From Macrostomum lignano (taxonomy: Eukaryota), in NCBI GenBank assembly GCA_002269645.1, contig NIVC01000895.1:1-64000 (forward strand): 64,000 nt of DNA, read 5' to 3'. Below are positions 24,666 to 35,466 of the stretch, piece by piece. Position 1 is the first letter of the stretch; every line of letters starts with the position of its first letter. A program made the position numbers and the translations under genes. The notes beneath the pieces were generated by a model. It saw only the letters and a program-made list of their open reading frames with translations. It was not told the origin of the DNA and did not search any database.

Positions 24666-25451
24666 ATGGACTCCCTATCCCTAACCGATCGCGTTGCCAC
24701 AGTAACCGGGGCCAGTTCTGGCATCGGTAGAGCAGTGGCTGTCCAGCTGGTTCGCCTCGGCGCTCAAGTCCTGCTGGTCGGCCGCAGCCAGACCGCTCTG
24801 GACGAGACTCTGGCCGCCTGCAAGCAGGTCGGATCGTACAGCTCAGCAGCCACTCTCTCCGCTGATCTGCTTCAACCAGCTGATTTGGCCAAAGTCGTGC
24901 CAGCAGCCGTCAACGCGTTCGGCCGCTTGCACATTCTTGTCAACGCTGCTGGAGCTCTTATCAACGACACCGTCGAGACTTATTCGCCTAGCGCTGCTGA
25001 AGGGCTTCGCCGATTGAATGTTGACACAGCGATCGAGCTGACTCAAGCCGCCGTGCCGCACCTGATCGCCTCCGGTCGGGGCAGCGTTGTTAACGTGTCC
25101 TCCGTAGCTGGTAATTGCGCTTTTCCAAACGTCATGACCTACTGCATGACTAAAGCCTCTTTGGACCAGTTCACCAGGTGTACAGCGCTCGACTTAGCGT
25201 CTAAGGGTGTTCGCGTGAACTCGGTAAATCCTGGCGTGATTGTCACGGAGATTCACAAGCGATCGGGCATGTCCGATGAAGCTTATGCCGCCTTCCTGGA
25301 GCGGTCCAAGACCACGCACGCTCTGGGCAGGGCCGGCCAACCGGAGGAGGTGGCCACTGTGGTGGCCTTTCTAGCCTCGGATGCTGCGAGCTTCATCACT
25401 GGCACCATCGTTCCCGTAGACGGAGGCCGGCATATCATGACACCGCGTTGA
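24666..25451 (+). CDS. Classical short-chain dehydrogenase/reductase (FabG-like), single exon
   Basis: TGASSGIG, ILVNAAG, VNVSS, YCMTK (YxxxK), VRVNSVNPG and ASFITG..VPVDGG. Probable ATG at 24666. Confidence 0.92.
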   Translation: MDSLSLTDRVATVTGASSGIGRAVAVQLVRLGAQVLLVGRSQTALDETLAACKQVGSYSSAATLSADLLQPADLAKVVPAAVNAFGRLHILVNAAGALINDTVETYSPSAAEGLRRLNVDTAIELTQAAVPHLIASGRGSVVNVSSVAGNCAFPNVMTYCMTKASLDQFTRCTALDLASKGVRVNSVNPGVIVTEIHKRSGMSDEAYAAFLERSKTTHALGRAGQPEEVATVVAFLASDAASFITGTIVPVDGGRHIMTPR

Positions 25452-26604
25452 GTTTGCCAACTCGATGACTCTGAAATGCTTGACTTATTTGATGCTTAGG
25501 ATCCTTCCTTCCATTGACACCCCCTGCAATTGAAGATAGTAGCTATTTATCACTTTGAGCAAATAAATCTAAAGAATTCGAAGCAATCAGGAATAACAAA
25601 ACCGACTTTTTAAAGTGAATCATTTTTTTATTGTTGTTCCTGCAGTGTCCCTCAAAACAGTTGGTAGCCAACGACCAAACTGTGGCTGGTAACGTCTCGT
25701 GAAAACGTTATGATTATCAATTAGACACGAATTTGACAGGTGTCAACAACTAGAGGTGTTAGCCTTTCGATTTTTAATTCAATCTTTTATGCACATGTAC
25801 TCATAAGCAGTGATTGCTAACAAAACTTGCAAGTTTTACGTGCATTGACTTCTTCCGGATATGAAGCACGAATGATCCTGTTGAGCTTGGATGCCTGATC
25901 TCGCGAAAAGACATTGGGCCCGTTCTATGTTGAGATCGTTCTTAGCTTCTATCTCCGCAGTGTAGAAGTTTCGACGTACGATCAAACTTGCGCTACGACA
26001 GCTTTATATTGTAGTACGATCCCGTTGTGGAAGAAATTGAAATGGAGATCGGGAAATGCAAACGTTATAAAAATTATTCACAAGATGAAATCGATTGTTA
26101 GTTGACACAAGGATAAATACCTATGCGCAGTTAAAACTGTTGAGCTTCAGTCCAGAATTCATGGCGACGACTGAAGGCACTTAATAGCACAGAATATATA
26201 TATTTCGAACCTACCCAAAGTTAACTAAATATCTAGAAAACCCTTGGTTAGAAAGTAAAATTAGATTAAAATTTCAATTATAGAATTCTACAGTTGCTGT
26301 CCTTACCTAGCCGTGCATGAATTGTCTTCCTATCCGTATCAAAATGCAGGTGTTTTTTTCATTCTCTACCCCCTTTTCCGTCCTCTGTACGTAGTCTTCC
26401 CCTCCATATACGAGAGTTTTGCGCATATTTGCACGTGTTTGTACATAAATGTATGCACATTCACGAGAACTGCGGGCGCTTGCAGAAGCAAATAAGAGCT
26501 ACGCGCGTTACACTTAAAAGCCATTTACGCTTGTAGCTATCGTAAACAGCATTTTTATCTGACTCTGCAGTCTGAGGAAGTTAAACTGCCAATTTAGGTC
26601 TGCA

Positions 26605-29600
26605 TCAGCTGCGACTGAGTCAGTAGCAAGGAGAAAGCACCGGTGACTGAGACAGTAGCAAGGAGAAAGCACCGGTGACTGAGACTGCAGCAAGGAGAAA
26701 GCACCGGTGACTGAGACAGTAGCAAGGAGAAAGCACCGGTGACTGAGACTGCAGCAGGGAGAAAGCACCGGTGACTGAGACTGCAGCAAGGAGAAAGCAC
26801 CGGTGACTGAGACTGCCGCAAGGAGAAAGCACCGGTGACTGAGACAGTAGCAAGGAGAAAGCACCGGTGACTGAGACTGCAGCAAGGAGAAAGCACCGGT
26901 GACTGAGACTGCAGCAAGGAGAAAGCACCGGTGACTGAGACTGCCGCAAGGAGAAAGCACCGGTGACTGAGACTGCCGCAAGGAGAAAGCACCGGTGACT
27001 GAGACTGCCGCAAGGAGAAAGCACCGGTGACTGAGACTGCAGCAAAGAGAAAGCACCGGTGACTGAGACTGCCGCAAGGAGAAAGCACCGGTGACTGAGA
27101 CTGCAGCAAGGAGAAAGCACCGGTGACTGAAACTGTAGCAAGGAGAAAGCACCGGTGACTGAGACTGCAGCAAGGAGAAAGCACCGGTGACTGAGACTGC
27201 AGCAAGGAGAAAGCACCGGTGACTGAGACTGCAGCAAGGAGAAAGCACCGGTGACTGAGACTGCAGCAAGGAGAAAGCACCGGTGACTGAAACTGCCGCA
27301 AGGAGAAAGCACCGGTGACTGAGACAGTAGCAAGGAGAAAGCACCGGTGACTGAGACAGTAGCAAGGAGAAAGCACCGGTGACTGAGACTGCAGCAGGGA
27401 GAAAGCACCGGTGACTGAGACTGTAGCAAGGAGAAAGCACCGGTGACTGAGACTGCAGCAGGGAGAAAGCACCGGTGACTGAGACTGTAGCAAGGAGAAA
27501 GCACCGGTGACTGAGACAGCAGCAAGGAGAAAGCACCGGTGACTGAGACAGCAGCAAGGAGAAAGCACCGGTGACTGAGACAGCAGCAAGGAGAAAGCAC
27601 CGGTGACTGAGACAGCAGCAAGGAGAAAGCACCGGTGACTGAGACAGCAGCAAGGAGAAAGCACCGGTGACTGAGACAGCAGCAAGGAGAAAGCACCGGT
27701 GACTGAGACAGCAGCAAGGAGAAAGCACCGGTGACTGAGACAGCAGCAAGGAGAAAGCACCGGTGACTGAGACAGCAGCAAGGAGAAAGCACCGGTGACT
27801 GAGACAGCAGCAAGGAGAAAGCACCGGTGACTGAGACAGCAGCAAGGAGAAGCACCGGTTACTGAGACTGCAGCAAGGAGAAGCACCGGTTACTGAGACT
27901 GCAGCAAGGAGAAAGCACCGGTTACTGAGACTGCAGCAAGGAGAAAGCACCGGTGACTGAGACAGCAGCAAGGAGAAAGCACCGGTGACTGAGAAAGCAG
28001 CAAGGAGAAAGCACCGGTGACTGAGACAGCAGCAAGGAGAAAGCACTGGTGACTGAGACTGCAGCAAGGAGAAAGCACCGGTGACTGAAACTGCCGCAAG
28101 GAGAAAGCACCGGTGACTGAGACTGTAGCAAGGAGAAGCACCGGTGACTGAGACTGCAGCAAGGAGAAAGCACCGGTGACTGAGACTGCAGCAAGGAGAA
28201 AGCACCGGTGACTGAGACTGCCGCAAGGAGAAAGCACCGGTGACTGAGACTGCCGCAAGGAGAAAGCACCGGTGACTGAGACTGCCGCAAGGAGAAAGCA
28301 CCGGTGACTGAGACTGCAGCAAAGAGAAAGCACCGGTGACTGAGACTGCCGCAAGGAGAAAGCACCGGTGACTGAGACTGCAGCAAGGAGAAAGCACCGG
28401 TGACTGAAACTGTAGCAAGGAGAAAGCACCGGTGACTGAGACTGCAGCAAGGAGAAAGCACCGGTGACTGAGACTGCAGCAAGGAGAAAGCACCGGTGAC
28501 TGAGACTGCAGCAAGGAGAAAGCACCGGTGACTGAGACTGCAGCAAGGAGAAAGCACCGGTGACTGAAACTGCCGCAAGGAGAAAGCACCGGTGACTGAG
28601 ACTGCAGCAAGGAGAAAGCACCGGTGACTGAAACTGCCGCAAGGAGAAAGCACCGGTGACTGAGACTGTAGCAAGGAGAAGCACCGGTGACTGAGACTGC
28701 AGCAAGGAGAAGCACCGGTTACTGAGACAGCAGCAAGGAGAAGCACCGGTTACTGAGACAGCAGCAAGGAGAAGCACCGGTGACTGAGACAGCAGCAAGC
28801 AGAAGCACCGGTGACTGAGACAGCAGCAAGGAGAAGCACCGGTGACTGAGACTGCAGCAAGGAGAAAGCACCGGTGACTGAGACTGCAGCAAGGAGAAGC
28901 ACCGGTGACTGAGACTGCAGCAAGGAGAAAGCACCGGTGACTGAGACTGCAGCAAGGAGAAGCACCGGTGACTGAGACAGCAGCAAGCAGAAGCACCGGT
29001 GACTGAGACAGCAGCAAGCAGAAGCACCGGTGACTGAGACTGCAGCAAGGAGAAGCACCGGTGACTGAGACAGCAGCAAGCAGAAGCACCGGTGACTGAG
29101 ACAGCAGCAAGCAGAAGCACCGGTGACTGAGACTGCAGCAAGGAGAAAGCACCGGTGACTGAGACAGCAGCAAGGAGAAAGCACCGGTGACTGAGACAGC
29201 AGCAAGGAGAAAGCACCGGTGACTGAGACAGCAGCAAGGAGAAAGCACCGGTGACTGAGACAGCAGCAAGGAGAAAGCACTGGTGACTGAGACTGCAGCA
29301 AGGAGAAAGCACCGGTGACTGAAACTGCCGCAAGGAGAAAGCACCGGTGACTGAGACTGTAGCAAGGAGAAGCACCGGTGACTGAGACTGCAGCAAGGAG
29401 AAGCACCGGTTACTGAGACAGCAGCAAGGAGAAGCACCGGTTACTGAGACAGCAGCAAGGAGAAGCACCGGTGACTGAGACAACAGCAAGCAGAAGCACC
29501 GGTGACTGAGACAGCAGCAAGGAGAAGCACCGGTGACTGAGACTGCAGCAAGGAGAAGCACCGGTGACTGATACTGCCGCAAGGAGAAGCACCGGTGACT

Positions 29601-30023
29601 GAGACAGCAGCAAGCAGAAGCACCGGTGACTGAGACAGCAGCAAGCAGAAGCACCGGTGACTGAGACTGCAGCAAGGAGAAGCACCGGTGACTGAGACAG
29701 CAGCAAGCAGAAGCACCGGTGACTGAGACAGCAGCAAGCAGAAGCACCGGTGACTGAGACTGCAGCAAGGAGAAAGCACCGGTGACTGAGACAGCAGCAA
29801 GGAGAAAGCACCGGTGACTCAGACTGCAGCAAGGAGAAAGCACCGGTGACTGAGACAGCAGCAAGGAGAAAGCACCGGTGACTGAGACAGCAGCAAGGAG
29901 AAAGCACCGGTGACTGAGACTGCAGCAAGGAGAAAGCACCGGTGACTGAGACAGCAGCAAGGAGAAAGCACCGGTGACTGAGACAGCAGCAAGGAGAAAG
30001 CACCGGTGACTGAGACAGCAGCA
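26605..30023. repeat. 31/32-bp minisatellite (GAGACTGCAGCAAGGAGA(A)AGCACCGGTGACT)
   Basis: Direct reading; the 32-bp form dominates the left part and the 31-bp form is frequent on the right. Confidence 0.96.
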
Positions 30024-30776
30024 GTAAAGGTGAGCGCCTTTTCTCTCTTAACTGTCCTTATCAGTTTGTTCTATCTCAACCCACGTGTCTCATTCACTTC
30101 CACTCTCACTTTCCTATATTGCTATTTTTATCGGTGCAGGTATGCTTAAGCGAACACGTGATTCGTTTTTCAAGAACAGCTTGAAAAGCGTCTCCAGATA
30201 TTAATCTGAGTTAAGATTACTCGCGTGCCACAGTACAGTGCACAACTACAAATTTTGCAGCTGAGTCACGGCTGATGCGCGCTATTCTTGAAAGTTTGAC
30301 AGCACAAATACAAAGTACGCATGCTAAATAAAGTCTCGACTCCTAGCAAAATGATGAGGTTAGCAAACAGACTCAACAAACTTGCATATGAGCGATAGAG
30401 TAATGCTAAAAACAAGAGATTAGAAGATAAAATTTACTCAAAGTAAGAGCAAAGTTAAAGCATGACTTTTTTACCGCAAGATTTTTTATTCTATCAGAAA
30501 CTTTTGGTGTAGATAGTAGCTAAATGTAGTTTTACAAGTTTCAAGACCAGTGAGCTATCTGGCCGTTGTCTCAGCGGGTGCTTGACTTTATCTGAAAGTC
30601 GACCAAAAGCGAGAGCGAATCAGAAGTCTTGACTGTGACTTATATTTACAATAAAATTTTGTGAGTCACTCGGTGATTGACTTTTCTTAGAGTGCTACCA
30701 ATACCTTTTAATGGATAAGTAAAACCATTTTTATCTTTACAGGGCCCAGAAATTCAGTAGCGAAATCATAAAGAGG

Positions 30777-33700
30777 ATGGATCAAACGCCAAGCATTGAT
30801 GAGGCAGTCACCACCGGAATAATGGCGACTGTGAAAGCTCGATTTCAGCATCTGCAAAGTGAGCAAAGTAAGACAATGTTCTGCGCAACTAACTGCCGTT
30901 TGGCAGCCCAGCATGGCCAGTTGGAAGTGGTTAAACTTCTGGTGGAAGCCATGCCTAACCAAAGTGTAAGAAATCAGTGCTGCATGAATGCTGCGCTTTC
31001 TGCTGCAAGCGAGGGTCACTTGGAAGTGGTGAAGTATTTCTATCTTCGTCTCAAAATGGATACTCGTATTGAGACCGAAGACTTCCGATTTCGTTGCACA
31101 CTGGCTGCATGCTCTCGCCTAAGAGAAAATGTTGTGTCGGAGTTTGGCCTCGAGCCTGACTGGCTCTTCCAATTCAGCCCCATCCTCAGCTTCACCGCAG
31201 CGATGGCCATCGAAGGCAGGAACTCTGTTCTCACCGACACGCTCTCTCGAATGCAGCCAGCTCAGGTCACTCAGCTGCTCCGTGTCGCCATCTCTCAAAG
31301 ACACGTCGCTCTTGCTGTCACACTGATCAATGATGAGAGATTCAGCTCAGAGCATGTTGATCAGTCAGACAGCACTGAAGCCACTGCCCTCATGCTGGCA
31401 GCTGATGCAGGTCATCACGAGCTCGTTGAGAAACTGCTGGATCTCGGTGCGTCAGTGCGTGCCGAAGACAGTCAGGGTCGGACTGCTCTGTCGCGAGCCT
31501 GCGAAGCCGGTCACGTGCGAGCAGCCAAGGCTCTGATGGACAGAGGAGCGGATGCGAGTCATCGAGACGGTCGGGGTCTGACGTGCGCACAGCTGGCAGA
31601 GCGACTCGAGCAGCGAGAGGTGCTGCGCCTGCTGGACCCTAGTAGATTAATGCAAGTGGCATGCGACCCTGCATCGATCGTGCACTAGATTTACTTACGG
31701 CACAGAAACATTAAAATACAAGAGTTCCATTGTACATTGCAGATGCTCAGAAACCCAGCAGGCAGCCGCTACTCCCAATTCGGTTCTTCTCCGGTGGGTT
31801 TCATTGCTTTTGGTTCGACAGCGTGTGTTGAGCAGTTCGTCTGCAGTTTCCTGTATTGGAATTTTGCCCCACAGGCCCACAGACAGTTCTCAGCGAGACA
31901 GACAGCTGAGTGAGGAATTGCATCAACTGCTCAGCGAGGCGGGATTTACAAAGGAGAGAGCAAATTTTCAACAGACTTTGGCTCACTGGCTAAAAGGAGT
32001 CGCTGAAGTGCTCACGCAGGATGACAGGCAGATGACGGGCAGCTACGCAGAGGGCTGGGCCAACAGTCTGGCCCAAGTGAACGGCAGGACAGCTGCAGAC
32101 TCGGACATCGACTGGACTGTGCTGGTTGCTGGGCAGGAGTTCCATCTGGAAGGAGGTTGCAACAGATCTCGAAGCTCCTGCAGAGATGCCACAAAGCTGA
32201 TAGTCAAGGAGGGTCACGCACAAGTGGCAGTGGGAGCAGGTGAGTGAGCTACAGCTTATCGCATATTTGCTTTTATTTTAATGCACTCTCCGCTCTCTGC
32301 GCTCTGCAGGCAGCCAACCTGCAGTGACCGCCAGGGCGTGCGGTGTGCGGCCTGCACAGGACACGTGCCACGCCATCTGGTGCTGCAGCAGTTTCTGTGA
32401 TGACATGATCAGAAAAATTCTGAAATACTTTCGCGACGTTCATCTCGTGAGGGCGACCAGACCGAACTCGACCAACGAGCTCAGAGTGAGTTTCGGATTC
32501 CAAGAGAAAGAGATCATGGCGGACCTTGGCACAGTGCAGGGCCAGCTGTTCACAATGATCAAGTTCATCTTCAAGAGACACTTGCCTCACACTCTGGGCA
32601 CACCTGGACTCAAGACCTACCATGCAAAGACTCTGCTGTTCTTCATGCTGGAGAAGAACGGCACAGACCCTTCGGCTGAGGCTTGGCAACCTCAGAATCT
32701 GATCGCACGGCTTGTGGAGTCCCTCGACATGATGCTGAACTTCATCAGCTCACGCAGCTCGCCCGATGAGTGCATGCCGCACTTCTTCATGCCCGACGCT
32801 CCAATTTACTTCAAGAACGCTGGAATCGGCGGCGACTTCGACAACACGAAGGCAAGGGTTCGAAACCGACTGAACGAGATGAGAAGCGACATCGGTGGAG
32901 TGGTCGAGCAGCTGAAGAGGCTCGTGAGACCTCTGCAGTCAGAGAGCTTCTACTTTCACCCGTTCACCCTGCTGCCTCTGACAGCGCCACCCGCTGCGAC
33001 GAAGATCAGAGAAGGTACTTCTTACCCTGATATGCATTTCAAGTTCGCTGACGTGTACAGTGTGGTGCACCAGTGTGTGAGCGAGTTGCAGTTGGAATCG
33101 AGCAACAGAGACACACTGACGAGGCAACTCAGTCTCCTGAATGAGCAGCAGTGGTGCAAGTGCGCAGCCCTGTGTCTGACCGCCATGGCGCATTTGAAGT
33201 TCGGAGAATCTGAGGAGGCTGAGAAACTCGCGATGGAGCTCCAGAAGGCCAGAGTCAAATGCGGTTTGAGTCCAGAAGAAGTTGATACTTTGTGCTCTCT
33301 TGATTCCGACTGGGCGTGGAGGTTCTGCTTCCCCTGCGACTCTCCGCCTCGCTTCCCATTCCTCCCCGAGTTCACACAGACTCTGCTCACAGCCAGACTG
33401 TCGCAGCCTCTCTCCTCCCACCTGTACGTGAACTTCCGCTGCCTGAGCTGGAGTCTCCAAGCTGAGCTGCTCCAAGCATTCCAGCCAATCGCATTCGATG
33501 CGTGGCTCGAGGAACTGCAAGAAGACCCGGACTTGGAGGAGCTGCTCACTCTGGCTCGCTATAGCGACTGCCGCGAGCACGTGGAGCTCAGCCTGCGTCT
33601 TATGGAGACCATCAAGGACGAGAGACGCGTTGCCATGGAGACGCAGGATGAGGAGAAAATCAGATGGGTGAAGGAGAAGTTGGAGAATATCGATCTATAA
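30777..33700 (+). CDS. Ankyrin-repeat plus cGAS/Mab-21-like nucleotidyltransferase (cGLR-like); at least 3 exons
   Basis: Ankyrin motifs LAAQHGQLEVVKLLV, TALMLAADAGHHELVEKLL and GRTALSRACEAGHVRAAKALM. NTase motifs GSYAEG and DSDID. Mab-21 motifs LKTYHAKTLLFFMLE and CMPHFFMP. The intron 32240-32309 is clear; the junction at 31640-31880 is unresolved; an acceptor at about 30742 hints at further upstream exons. Confidence 0.8.
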
Positions 33701-35466
33701 GCGAATAGAAAATTGAAGAAGAATGCAATTACGCTCATATATATCGATATTATTCAGAAATAGTACTTTACCATATAGACTATTGCAAAGATGGAGTGTT
33801 TTAAATTCTTAGGCGTTCTTAATGCATGAATTTAAGTAGCGATGCATTTTTTATTTTAGCTGTACTTTCACTGTCCTTTAGATCCTAACGAGTATACCAG
33901 ACTAATGTACATTAATTTGCATACCTTATGAAACTATTGTTAATTCAATTAAACAGCAATTGTTAGTTTAGCGTTTTTGCATGCTTTTAAATTATCAAAC
34001 ATATTGCATAAAGTAACATAATGCTCCGGAATTTTCAGAAAATTTCAGATAATAAGCATCAACCAAACCCAGTCAATCCACAAGGCCTCCTATCCATAGA
34101 GGTGTCCATAGTCACAGCTGGTGTCATCTATTGAATGACCAGCAGCTCCACCTGGGGTGAAGCCAGAGCTGATCTCTTGAGGCATGGCAAAACCGCACTG
34201 AGGCGCTGTGCTTATTGGCGCAAAGGGTTTATTAAAGGGGGGTATTACACTAGCGCTAATGGGAAAAATCAGACATTCTGGCAGAATTGTTGAATATCTC
34301 GACGGTCTCCAAGGCAGTTTTTGAAGGTGTGCAACAAAAAGTTAGCCTGCAGGTGGTCTTCAATATCGTGTGCCTGCGTTGCTCGGTTCCCGCACAGCGA
34401 AAAATGTTAGGAAGAAAAATAACATAAAAAACATAAAAAGCAAACTTCTGTCGAGTTGTTTTTCAGACTTTTTTAATGATTTTCCTAAGGACCTTAACCG
34501 AAGCTCAATTGTGTGTACTAATAAGTAGTGTATCTAGCATTATCTTTCATTCTGCTTGATTTAGGAAATAATTCTTTAAACCTCGGAAAGTTCATTCAAA
34601 AAGATTGTAAATCAAGTTATTTTTGTGGTAAAGGAAATCAAAACCAAGAAAATATGCAAATAATTTTCAACAGGAATAATAATAATAATCGTTGATTGCA
34701 TCTCTCCTAATTAAAGTTCGGAAAAAAGCACTTGGATTCAGGTATTCATCTGTTTTTAACATAAATGAGTAACCAACCTCACTTCGCTTGGCAATATTTC
34801 ACTATGGTTTTTTATGTGGCCTATTCTTACGGATTTCTAACCTTATATCTACACACGAAGTTTACTGTACATACGTGCAGATGACGAACAAAAAAGTCTT
34901 CACTGCAATGGCTGCTGCCTCGGCTCACCGTACGCAAGATGCGTAGTTTTGGTAAGGCCAACTAACCATAAGATCCGACAGCACGCTTAAGGCTTATGAG
35001 TTTTTTCTTTTGTATGAGCAATGATGCTCGCTCAACAACTGCCTGAGGCGCATGAGACCTGCATGCTATAAGTGGAGACTGAGAGCTGTGCAGGAAATTT
35101 TCTTAATCCGAGCCATGGAGAATTTCAACGACAATCTGGAATTGCCCACTTCGTACAAACCTTCGTTTTCGGGCGCTATTGTTTTTCTTCCTTTTCACAC
35201 ACAGCCTATAGGCGGCTTTCTGGTTCCTTTGTAAGTCTGAAAACTCGTTCCCCCGATCTCCATGGCAGGGCCCCCAGCCAACCGCTGAAGATCAAGTTGA
35301 CCAGTTGCAGTGCAGACGGAGGGTGGGGCTTACTAAAGTATACCACACAGACACTGCATCTCTGCACCGTCGCGTCTCCCAATCTGCTAGTTAAATTTTC
35401 TTTAGGCTAAGAAAGCTGACTCTATTTGCCAACAGAATATTATTAATTGATCCAAATACCGAACAA

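Noticed and set aside
26514-30003. Many long minus-strand ORFs (up to 733 aa)
   Set aside because: The repeat's minus strand is almost stop-free in all three frames, so the ORFs are compositional artefacts.
34232-34500. TTAAAGGGG start resembling a Kolobok/piggyBac terminus
   Set aside because: I could not find the matching inverted end.
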